Shown here: in pieces, positions 1 through 6,844 of the stretch | How the letters are laid out: every line of letters starts with the position of its first letter | Position numbering within the stretch: position 1 is the stretch's first letter | IMG/VR virus record: IMGVR_UViG_2778260995_000007 | Coordinates: 1 to 12,819 of that record | Strand: one strand, 5' to 3' | DNA length: 12,819 bases | DNA from: a virus | Lineage: Duplodnaviria; Heunggongvirae; Uroviricota; Caudoviricetes | The notes under the pieces: generated by a model | What the model was told of the DNA's origin: nothing | Seen by the model: the letters and a program-made list of their open reading frames with translations, nothing else | Databases searched by the model: none | Position numbers and translations under genes: made by a program

Positions 1-117
1 GTTTCGCCGATTGTTTCCGGTGAGGTTATCCGTTCCCGTGGCGGCTCCACCTCTGAATTTACGCCGGGATATGTCAAACCCAAGCACTTAGCATGGCTTT
101 CTGAGGCTTTCGTGTAG
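1..117 (+). pseudogene. E: 5' fragment of lambda-type major capsid protein gene E; frame enters from upstream of the window, is broken after codons ...GYVKPKH (nt 87) and runs into element sequence to a TAG at 115-117
   Basis: Frame 1 translates VSPIVSGEVIRSRGGSTSEFTPGYVKPKH, which matches my recollection of lambda gpE; the continuation ...KPKHEVNPQMTLRRL is found at 10733 onward. Confidence 0.8.
77..86. repeat. Left copy of 10-bp direct repeat AACCCAAGCA (putative attL core)
   Basis: Identical 10-mer at 10731-10740; flanking bases differ on both sides. Confidence 0.6.
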
Positions 118-249
118 TTGCTGGTTTTTACACTTAATCTTTTGATAATAAAGAATAAGTTTATCTGGTGCTTTCACTGAATTTTCCTCGTTATCTGTGT
201 GTTGCAATCATCTCTGTATTGCAGCTTGTATTGCTTTTTGGGGCTAAAA

Positions 250-1485
250 ATGGCTGGCGAGAACAAACTGAGCGACAAAGCGCTTAAAGGATATCTGGGG
301 AAACCCAGAGAAAAGCAGATCACCATTGCTGATGGAAAGGGGCTTTCTATTCGTGTGAGTACTAAAGGGGCTGTGAGCTTTGTTTTCTTCTACAGGTTAG
401 CAGGTGGCCGGGCTGCTCCGGTCTGGCTAACGTTGGGTAAATATCCTGATATGTCACTCAAACAGGCAAGGGAAAAGCGCGACGAGTGCCGTGGTTGGTT
501 GGCTGACAAACGTGATCCGCGTATCCAGATAAAGATTCAGGCTGAAGAACGCTTAAAGCCGGTCACAGTGGAGGATGCACTAAATTACTGGTATGAAAAT
601 TACTGTAAGGTGCGTCGTAAAACTCATGCTGTAACGCTTGGCAGATTTCGAAAGCATATCTTTCCCTATATCGGTCATTTGCCCGTAAATGACACTCACC
701 TATATGAATGGCTGGACTGTTTTGACCGAATTAAACGTAATGCACCAGTTATGGCGGCGTATGTTTTTTCTGACACTAAATTAGCTCTTCGTTTTTGTCG
801 GGTACGCCAGTACGCGACGTGTGATGCTTTAAAGGATTTGCGCATGAGTGATGTGGGGCAGATTGCAGGTAAGCGGGATCGGGTTCTGGATGAAGCCGAA
901 CTCGGCCAGCTCTGGAAGGCAATTTTTGTCGAGCCTGATTTAAAACTAATGTCTGAATACACGCGAAAAATGTTTGTGCTTTGTACACTATTTGGATGTC
1001 GAATGAGTGAAGCCCGATTATCAGAATGGAGCGAATGGGATCTCGAAAGTTGGGTTTGGACTGTACCAAAAGATCACTCAAAAACTGGTGTTGAAATCGT
1101 CAGACCAGTACCTGAAATTCTACGACAGTGGGTAACGGATGTTCACGAAGAGACAAAACATACTGGTTATGTGCTGGGAAGTCTGCGAATTAGAGAAAGC
1201 GTAAGCAAGATTGGGGGGAAAATCGGTAAACGTTTGGGCCATGAAAAACAATGGTCACTACACGACCTTAGAAGAACGCTATCTACTCATCTAAGTGATC
1301 TCGGTGTTGAATTTTATGTAGTAGAACAACTGTTAGGCCATGCGCTACCTGGCGTGGCAGGTGTTTACAACCGGAGTAAGTTTATGGCTAAAAAACTGGA
1401 TGCTCTGGAACTCTGGACTACATATCTCAATAGCATCGCAGGTGCTGATTCAAAAGTGACAATCCTCAAACAAAAGGCTGGTTAA
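250..1485 (+). CDS. int: Tyrosine site-specific integrase, P4-type
   Basis: ORF 199-1485; start placed at ATG 250 (MAGENKLSDKALKGYL...). N-terminal region and C-terminal ...HDLRRT...LLGHA... motifs are typical of P4-family integrases; sits next to the attL repeat. Confidence 0.88.
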   Translation: MAGENKLSDKALKGYLGKPREKQITIADGKGLSIRVSTKGAVSFVFFYRLAGGRAAPVWLTLGKYPDMSLKQAREKRDECRGWLADKRDPRIQIKIQAEERLKPVTVEDALNYWYENYCKVRRKTHAVTLGRFRKHIFPYIGHLPVNDTHLYEWLDCFDRIKRNAPVMAAYVFSDTKLALRFCRVRQYATCDALKDLRMSDVGQIAGKRDRVLDEAELGQLWKAIFVEPDLKLMSEYTRKMFVLCTLFGCRMSEARLSEWSEWDLESWVWTVPKDHSKTGVEIVRPVPEILRQWVTDVHEETKHTGYVLGSLRIRESVSKIGGKIGKRLGHEKQWSLHDLRRTLSTHLSDLGVEFYVVEQLLGHALPGVAGVYNRSKFMAKKLDALELWTTYLNSIAGADSKVTILKQKAG

Positions 1486-1486
1486 C

Positions 1487-1714
1487 ATGAAAAAAATGGC
1501 AATTGTTGATAAAAAGGGTCTGGAGTACATTCCTAACATTGATCGTATGATCCGTGAGAAAGAATGTCGGGAGCTAACCACTCTTGCGAACAGCACACGC
1601 TGGAAGCTGGAGAAGGAAGGAAAATTTCCTAAGCGGATCAAGATTGGCGCTACTGCGGTAGCTTACCGTCTCTCCGAAGTTCAGGCATGGATTAGGGGGG
1701 AATGGCGGACATAA
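1487..1714 (+). CDS. alpA: AlpA-family HTH regulator / excisionase-like protein
   Basis: 75 aa; ...LTTLANSTRWKLEKEGKFPKRIKIGATAVAYRLSEVQAWI is a typical AlpA (Phage_AlpA) HTH; ATG lies 1 nt after the int stop, suggesting translational coupling. Confidence 0.8.
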   Translation: MKKMAIVDKKGLEYIPNIDRMIREKECRELTTLANSTRWKLEKEGKFPKRIKIGATAVAYRLSEVQAWIRGEWRT

Positions 1715-1750
1715 ATGTTGTAGTAAATTGTTATATAAAAGGGTGTAAGC

Positions 1751-2626
1751 ATGGCTACTCGAAAAAAAAATAGCGTAGAAATGAAAACTGTTTGTGAACT
1801 AATCATATCAAGAGATGATATGAAAGATAAAATTCAAGACAGAATTCAAAAAGGATTATTACTCCTACAGAAAAGCATAAATAACAATAGTGACTTGGAG
1901 CTGTTTAATGCTGATTACAGGAAATGGAGTGATTTTAATGCTGAGCTACTGAAGCGTAGTTTCACAAATGATGATTTCAAAGAAGAATATGAAGGTGGGG
2001 CATTTGGTGTTATTTCATTGTACGAGACTTCCTTGGGAGAAAAAATCAGTGAGGCTACGCGTAAACTCCAGAGTAAGATAAGAAAACTAGAGTCGATTAT
2101 GGAGCGACTGGAGTTAATTCCTATATCTTCCAAAGTTGTTGAAGAAAATATTGAAGTACCTCAGAGTTCAGCGGTAAAAACCAAAAAAGTATTCATTGTT
2201 CATGGAAGAGATGAAGTATCAAAAACCAACTTAGAAGTGTTTTTAAGAGAAATTGGCTTAGAACCTATTGTTCTCCATAGGCAAGCTGATGTAGGTCAGA
2301 CAGTGATTGAGAAATTTGAAGCAAATAGTGATGTTGGTTTCGCATTCATTCTTCTCACACCTGATGAGATCGCTTATTTATTTCCGCAAGACTCTTTACC
2401 TGATAATGAAAGAGAAAAGGAGTTACGTGCACGACCAAATGTAATGTTTGAATTTGGTTATTTCGTAGGGAAATTAGGTCGTTCTAAGGTTTGTTGTCTA
2501 TACACAGGTGATGTAGTGATTCCAAGTGATTTGAATGGTCTTATTTATAAAAAATTCAATTCTTCTATTGAAGAAGTAGCATATAGCATTATTAAAGACT
2601 TGCGAGCTACTGGTTACGCAGTTTAG
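1751..2626 (+). CDS. Cargo protein with an N-terminal helical region and a C-terminal TIR-like domain (resembles the COG4271/CAP12-type TIR-like fold); candidate anti-phage effector
   Basis: 291-aa ORF, visibly AT-rich compared with neighbours. C-terminal KKVFIVHGRDE...FAFILLTPDE...RARPNVMFEFGYFVGKLGRSKV matches the motif pattern I recall for TIR-like proteins. Not confirmed by search. Confidence 0.6.
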   Translation: MATRKKNSVEMKTVCELIISRDDMKDKIQDRIQKGLLLLQKSINNNSDLELFNADYRKWSDFNAELLKRSFTNDDFKEEYEGGAFGVISLYETSLGEKISEATRKLQSKIRKLESIMERLELIPISSKVVEENIEVPQSSAVKTKKVFIVHGRDEVSKTNLEVFLREIGLEPIVLHRQADVGQTVIEKFEANSDVGFAFILLTPDEIAYLFPQDSLPDNEREKELRARPNVMFEFGYFVGKLGRSKVCCLYTGDVVIPSDLNGLIYKKFNSSIEEVAYSIIKDLRATGYAV

Positions 2627-2655
2627 TAAATTCTTTGAACTAAAAATCTGCATAG

Positions 2656-2688
2656 ATATAGAGCCATTCGAGATAAATGGCTCTATAT
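2656..2688. terminator. Perfect 13-bp inverted repeat (ATATAGAGCCATT / AATGGCTCTATAT, 7-nt loop) between convergent genes; possible bidirectional terminator or protein-binding palindrome
   Basis: Seen directly; lies 30 nt after the stop of the 1751-2626 gene and 14 nt after the stop of the minus-strand RHH ORF. AT-rich stem, and a T-run on the minus strand only after a 9-nt spacer, so terminator function is uncertain. Confidence 0.4.
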
Positions 2689-2701
2689 GAAATATTATCT
2701 G

Positions 2702-2881
2702 TTAAATTTTGACTTCATATCCGCGTTGCTGTAGTTCTTTGCGAATAATCCTTTTAATCCAGGCTGCTAAAGATTCGTCTCCATCTACTTGCTGTGCTTG
2801 CTCCATCAACTCCCTCAACTCAGGATCTAACCGAAACTGGAACGGAGGATTACCACGTCTTTGATTTTTGTGTGTTGACAC
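2702..2881 (-). CDS. Small Arc/MetJ-like ribbon-helix-helix DNA-binding protein (59 aa from GTG 2881; a 34-aa version from ATG 2806 would lack the ribbon strand)
   Basis: Minus-strand translation VSTHKNQRRGNPPFQFRLDPELRELMEQAQQVDGDESLAAWIKRIIRKELQQRGYEVKI has an Arc-like strand-helix-helix pattern. Below the length cut-off of the supplied ORF track; start codon uncertain. Confidence 0.4.
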   Translation of the reverse strand: MSTHKNQRRGNPPFQFRLDPELRELMEQAQQVDGDESLAAWIKRIIRKELQQRGYEVKI

Positions 2882-2929
2882 GTCAATTACACCCGATGTA
2901 ATGTGTTAATGTGTGATGACACATTACAT
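2875..2929. promoter_or_regulatory. Promoter/operator region: plus-strand TTGACA (2875-2880) - 16 nt - TGTAAT (2897-2902); 11-bp inverted repeat ATGTAATGTGT (2896-2906) / ACACATTACAT (2919-2929) plus tandem TAATGTGT (2899-2906, 2907-2914)
   Basis: Seen directly in the intergenic region between the minus-strand RHH ORF and the plus-strand operon starting at 3012; palindrome arms overlap the candidate -10 elements. Confidence 0.4.
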
Positions 2930-2948
2930 ACGTGTTTAGGAAAATGCA

Positions 2949-2981
2949 ACGCCTCGACGTGCGGGAACACCATCGAGGCGT
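2949..2981 (+). promoter_or_regulatory. GC-rich hairpin in the 5' leader of the replication operon (9-bp stem ACGCCTCGA / TCGAGGCGT, 15-nt loop); no downstream U-tract
   Basis: Perfect inverted repeat seen directly, 30 nt upstream of ATG 3012. Confidence 0.3.
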
Positions 2982-3011
2982 CTAACCAACCCGTTAAATG
3001 AGGTAACGATT

Positions 3012-3377
3012 ATGGCTGGAACACAGCATACCCAAACTCACCCTAAATTTATATACACCTTTCTGGCACTACACCACGACCGCATGGCAGATGGAGCAAC
3101 TACGGTACATGTAGCCGCTGACACGCTGGTTGATGCCCGCAAGATGGTTAAGGAGATGGGCTATACTGCGGCTTTCTGGAAAGGGCGTGAAGAAAACACG
3201 CTGTTTATTCAGAAATGCGAAAACAATTTCATCTGGCGTTTTATCGCCCTGAGCACCGCACAACCACGCGTAATACACATCGAGGCCGCCAGCGAACAGG
3301 AAGCCCGGCTGCAATCCCCAACTGGCTACGTGATGATATTCGCCGCCCGTATTCGTCAGGAGGTGTGCCATGAATGA
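3012..3377 (+). CDS. Hypothetical protein, first gene of replication-module operon
   Basis: 121-aa ORF with GAGGT RBS 6 nt upstream; stop overlaps the next start. Confidence 0.65.
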   Translation: MAGTQHTQTHPKFIYTFLALHHDRMADGATTVHVAADTLVDARKMVKEMGYTAAFWKGREENTLFIQKCENNFIWRFIALSTAQPRVIHIEAASEQEARLQSPTGYVMIFAARIRQEVCHE

Positions 3378-3594
3378 TCTTTATTTTAAAGTGCTGACAC
3401 ATGCTGAAAACGCGCTCGTTTGTGGCAAAAATATGCGAGAAATCTTATCAACCTGGCTTGATGGGACAACAAATGCGGAACACGATGAACGGGATGCTAA
3501 TTTAGCTGGAGCGTTAATTACGTTACTTGATCCTGTCATCAAAGAGCTGGATGAAGCTATAAAAATACACGACCAGAGCTATACCGGAGAATAA
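3370..3594 (+). CDS. Hypothetical small protein
   Basis: 74-aa ORF; AGGAGG 4 nt upstream of ATG; 8-nt overlap with the upstream ORF. Confidence 0.6.
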   Translation: MNDLYFKVLTHAENALVCGKNMREILSTWLDGTTNAEHDERDANLAGALITLLDPVIKELDEAIKIHDQSYTGE

Positions 3595-3597
3595 AAA

Positions 3598-3885
3598 ATG
3601 AAAAATAAATTTTCTGGCTTTATTGCCAGCGGTCAAACTCATTCAAAAATCAGCCTTGGGGATATTTTCAAAGACAGCTATGGCTATCGGGTAAAGATTA
3701 TTTCGGTTGATGATCGTCGTGTCTCTTATTTGCGTGATGGTTATGATTTTGAATGTGTTATGCCGCGTCAGCAGTTCGAAAGAGATTTCATTCTGGTAAA
3801 AAATTGCAAGACAGATAATCAGAGGCGTGCCGCAGGCTATATCCGCAAAATTCGGGCAATGTTAGTTGCCGGAGGTAACAAATGA
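3598..3885 (+). CDS. Hypothetical small protein
   Basis: 95-aa ORF packed tightly between neighbours; stop overlaps the primase start (ATGA). Confidence 0.6.
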   Translation: MKNKFSGFIASGQTHSKISLGDIFKDSYGYRVKIISVDDRRVSYLRDGYDFECVMPRQQFERDFILVKNCKTDNQRRAAGYIRKIRAMLVAGGNK

Positions 3886-5633
3886 AACGTGCTCCGAACT
3901 TAAAATACCAACCGCGCGACAAAATGACAGAAGTCATCATTTTTGCTGGCAGTGATGCCTGGAGCCATGCAAAAGAATGGAATGAATGGGCGGGTAAGCA
4001 TATTGCCGCCGACGATGTGCCGCCTGTCGTGCTGGCTGATGAGCAACTGAAAAATATCACCGATTACCGGATCATTGATGAAGATCGTCAGTGTGTGCGT
4101 GTTTACCGCGCAGGACATATCACAGAGCACAGCATGACGCAGATTGTTACGTTACTGGCTGTGGCTGGAGTGAAGACCGTACACGAATACGCGGGGATTA
4201 CTGACACCAGCCCAGTGGATTTATCCGAGCAGTTGCCGCGACTCAAAGAGGAATGCGAGCGTGGGGAAAGTCTGGTGCTTAATCTTCCGACGAAGCAAAA
4301 GGCGCAACTTTCACAGATGGCAGACAGTGAACGTGCACAACTACTTGCCGATCGCTTTGATGGTGTGTGTGTTCATGCAGAAAGTGAAATCGTCCACGTA
4401 TGGCGCGGCGGGGTATGGTGTCCGGTCAGCACAATGGAGCTGAGCCGCGAAATGGTGGCGATCTATTCAGAGCACAGGGCCACGTTCAGCAAACGTGTAA
4501 TCAATAACGCCGTGGAAGCGTTAAAAGTTATTGCCGACCCCATGGGGGAGCCGTCCGGTGATTTGCTACCGTTCACTAATGGTGTGCTTAACCTGAAAAC
4601 GGGGGAATTTTCTCCGCACTCGCCGGAGCACTGGAGCACCACGCACAATGGCATTGAGTACACGCCACCAGTAGCAGGGGAAAACATCCGCGATAATGCG
4701 CCAAATTTCCATAAATGGCTTGAACATGCTGCAAGAAAAGACCCGCGCAAGATGATGCGTATATGTGCCGCGTTATACATGATTATGGCGAACCGCTACG
4801 ACTGGCAGATGTTCATTGAGGCCACCGGAGACGGGGGAAGCGGTAAGAGTACATTTACCCATATTGCCACCCTGCTTGCTGGCAAACAGAACACCGTAAG
4901 CGCGGAGATGACATCACTCGATGATGCAGGAGGGCGCGCGCAGGTTGTCGGGAGTCGTCTTATCGTCCTTGCCGATCAGCCGAAATATACGGGGGAAGGC
5001 ACGGGCATCAAGAAAATCACGGGAGGCGATCCCGTTGAAATTAACCCGAAATATGAGAAGCGATTCACGACGATAATAAGGGCGGTGGTACTGGCAACCA
5101 ATAACGACCCGATGATCTTTACCGAACGAGCCGGAGGTGTGTCACGCCGTCGGGTGATTTTCCGGTTCGACAACATTGTAAGGGAGGACGAAAAAGACAA
5201 GGAATTACCGGAAAAGATAGCGGCAGAAATCCCCGTAATTATCCGCCGCTTGCTGGCTAATTTTGCTGACCCTGAAAAGGCACGGGCTTTATTACTGGAA
5301 CAGCGTGACGGTGATGAAGCTCTGGCAATAAAGCAGCAAACGGATCCGGTTGTTGAGCTTTGCGCGGCGCTGGAGTTTCTGGAGGAAGCTCGTGGGCTAA
5401 TGATGGGCGGTGGTGGTGACACCGTGAAGTACACGACCAGAAACAGCCTTTACCGTGTCTATATGGCCTTCATGGCATACACAGGAAAGGGGAAATGTTT
5501 GAGCGTGAATGAGTTCGGAAAGGCTATGAGGTCAGCGGCGAAAGTTTACGGATATGAATATATTACGCGAAAAGTTAAGGGAGTCACGCAGACCAACGCA
5601 ACGACTACTGATGATTGCGATGCGTTTTTATAA
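3882..5633 (+). CDS. Replication initiator: primase-associated SF3 helicase-type protein (P4 alpha C-terminal / D5-like family; the pri-rep of PICI-type satellites)
   Basis: 583 aa; Walker A GDGGSGKST and a downstream hydrophobic strand ending in D (LIVLAD) typical of P4-family primase-helicase C-terminal domains; GGAGG RBS; followed by an iteron array. Confidence 0.85.
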   Translation: MKRAPNLKYQPRDKMTEVIIFAGSDAWSHAKEWNEWAGKHIAADDVPPVVLADEQLKNITDYRIIDEDRQCVRVYRAGHITEHSMTQIVTLLAVAGVKTVHEYAGITDTSPVDLSEQLPRLKEECERGESLVLNLPTKQKAQLSQMADSERAQLLADRFDGVCVHAESEIVHVWRGGVWCPVSTMELSREMVAIYSEHRATFSKRVINNAVEALKVIADPMGEPSGDLLPFTNGVLNLKTGEFSPHSPEHWSTTHNGIEYTPPVAGENIRDNAPNFHKWLEHAARKDPRKMMRICAALYMIMANRYDWQMFIEATGDGGSGKSTFTHIATLLAGKQNTVSAEMTSLDDAGGRAQVVGSRLIVLADQPKYTGEGTGIKKITGGDPVEINPKYEKRFTTIIRAVVLATNNDPMIFTERAGGVSRRRVIFRFDNIVREDEKDKELPEKIAAEIPVIIRRLLANFADPEKARALLLEQRDGDEALAIKQQTDPVVELCAALEFLEEARGLMMGGGGDTVKYTTRNSLYRVYMAFMAYTGKGKCLSVNEFGKAMRSAAKVYGYEYITRKVKGVTQTNATTTDDCDAFL

Positions 5634-5646
5634 AAAATGGCAATGG

Positions 5647-5875
5647 TTATCTACCTTGTCTACCTGACTGAAAGAAAATACTTTTATTTCAATGTATTAA
5701 TGCAGGTAGATAACTATTTTTCACTGTCTACCTGTTATCTACCTTATCTACCCATTTTTGTAGACAGGTAAGGAGACGGGTAGAGATGAGGTAGACAGCT
5801 ATTTGGGGCTGTCTACCTCCCTGAAACCCGCGCCATTACTGGCCTGATAACTAATCAGGTAGACAAGGTAGACAA
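5647..5875. repeat. Iteron array, putative replication origin: about 12 copies of GGTAGA(C/T)A in both orientations around an AT-rich stretch (5667-5700)
   Basis: Seen directly: TTATCTACC/TTGTCTACC tandem at 5647-5664; GGTAGATAA at 5705-5713; three copies at 5725-5753; GGTAGACAA x2 at 5858-5875, and others. Confidence 0.7.
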
Positions 5876-5922
5876 GGTGGTGGTGCACAAAAAACTTTTT
5901 AAACGAGGGGGTAAAAATAAAA

Positions 5923-6165
5923 ATGCACACATCAGGAAAACTGAACAAACATATAAAGCCACATTACCGCGCCCTTGATATGGCTGAACACTGGCTAAGG
6001 GTGGCGATTAAGGCAATAGACCGCAACGCCGGGGAAGGATACGCGAAAGCACATCCCGAACTGATAAGCGCATTCATGACAACGGCGGCTGCAAACTTTG
6101 CCACGCTGACCGAACGGGAGATTGCCGAAGCGGAGGAAGTGACAACCATCAATATTAAGTCCTGA
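5923..6165 (+). CDS. Hypothetical protein
   Basis: 80-aa ORF with a G-rich RBS upstream; no recognisable motif. Confidence 0.5.
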   Translation: MHTSGKLNKHIKPHYRALDMAEHWLRVAIKAIDRNAGEGYAKAHPELISAFMTTAAANFATLTEREIAEAEEVTTINIKS

Positions 6166-6176
6166 GAGCAGGCAGC

Positions 6177-6626
6177 ATGACGGCGCAAATAGCAGCTTAC
6201 GGGCGGCTGGTGGACGAGCCACAGGTAAAACATACCAGCAAGGGAACACCCATGACACTGGCACGGATGGCGGTATCTTTGCCATGCAGCCAGGCAGATG
6301 ACGGAACGGCGACGATGTGGTTATCTGTGCTGGCGTTTGGCAGACAAGCCGACGCGCTGGCAAAGCATCACAAAGGCGAACTCCTGAGCGTGGCGGGTAA
6401 TATGCAGGTGAGCCAGTGGACTGGACAGAACGGTGAAACGCGGCAGGGCTGGCAGGTTATCGCAGACAGCGTAATCAGTGCGCGAACGGTGCGACCGGGC
6501 GGCAAAAAAGGTCAACAGGGTCAGGCTACTGACGCACTGAACAGAGCAAAACAACAGGCAGATCAGCAAGGAAGCCATCCACCAGTGGGAGATAATGAAC
6601 AATGGGGAGATGATATTCCGTTTTAA
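6177..6626 (+). CDS. Single-stranded DNA-binding protein-like (OB fold) with canonical acidic C-terminal tip ...DDIPF
   Basis: 149 aa; OB-fold pattern (...WLSVLAFGRQAD...KGELLSVAGNMQVSQWTGQNGETRQGWQV...) followed by a Gly/Gln-rich linker and C-terminal DDIPF, as in bacterial SSB. Confidence 0.7.
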   Translation: MTAQIAAYGRLVDEPQVKHTSKGTPMTLARMAVSLPCSQADDGTATMWLSVLAFGRQADALAKHHKGELLSVAGNMQVSQWTGQNGETRQGWQVIADSVISARTVRPGGKKGQQGQATDALNRAKQQADQQGSHPPVGDNEQWGDDIPF

Positions 6627-6645
6627 ATATTGCCAATAAAAAAAG

Positions 6646-6670
6646 GCCGGAAAAAAATAAATTTTCCGGC
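6646..6670. terminator. Hairpin (9-bp stem GCCGGAAAA / TTTTCCGGC, 7-nt loop) downstream of the SSB-like gene; A-tract on the 5' side only
   Basis: Seen directly; a T-run follows the stem only when read on the minus strand, so plus-strand termination is uncertain. Confidence 0.35.
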
Positions 6671-6844
6671 ATGCTACATAAATCCCGACCAAAGGGAGTG
6701 AAGATATTAACACTAATTATCCGCGCTGAAGTTGTTATCCCAAAACTTTATACAACATTGCACTCGGTTGCATGTATTCGCATGACAAATATCGGTGATA
6801 GCATATATCCACAATTATTTTTAATGAATGCAAAGAGGATGCGT

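Noticed and set aside
1-90. A tRNA or tmRNA 3' end as integration target (the usual site for P4-type integrases); the GGCGGCTCCACC string looked superficially like an acceptor end
   Set aside because: The region translates cleanly in frame as gpE (VSPIVSGEVIRSRGGSTSEFTPGYVKPKH) and has no T-arm/acceptor-stem structure; the target is a protein-coding gene.
199-249. Track start of the integrase ORF at 199 (MLQSSLYCSLYCFLGLK...)
   Set aside because: No RBS and an unlikely N-terminus; ATG 250 (MAGENK...) is the more likely start.
696-1081. Minus-strand ORFs 696-962 and 776-1081 inside the integrase gene
   Set aside because: Antisense to a well-supported gene, with no RBS and low-complexity translations; likely spurious.
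1450-2133. Minus-strand ORFs 1450-1641 and 1915-2133
   Set aside because: They overlap the int, alpA and TIR-like genes on the opposite strand and show no coding-like features.
3069-3371. Minus-strand ORF overlapping the 121-aa gene
   Set aside because: Antisense to a translationally coupled operon; no RBS.
3788-5434. ORFs inside or antisense to the primase-helicase gene (3788-4060-, 3900-4130-, 4261-4443+, 4463-4780-, 4976-5434-)
   Set aside because: Fully embedded in a long, motif-supported gene; Ser/Arg-rich translations typical of off-frame reads.
5641-5880. The repeat array as a possible CRISPR array
   Set aside because: Repeats are only 8-9 bp, occur in both orientations and have no regular unique spacers; this fits origin iterons.
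5964-6713. Minus-strand ORFs 5964-6233, 5995-6363 and 6321-6713
   Set aside because: Antisense to the 80-aa and SSB-like genes and the intergenic hairpin; no RBS or recognisable product.
6671-6844. N-terminal extension of the capsid ORF (track start 6671, 404 aa)
   Set aside because: The homology to gpE begins at MVDLYSPTQL, which has an AAGAGG RBS; the upstream 58 codons are more likely leader or promoter sequence.
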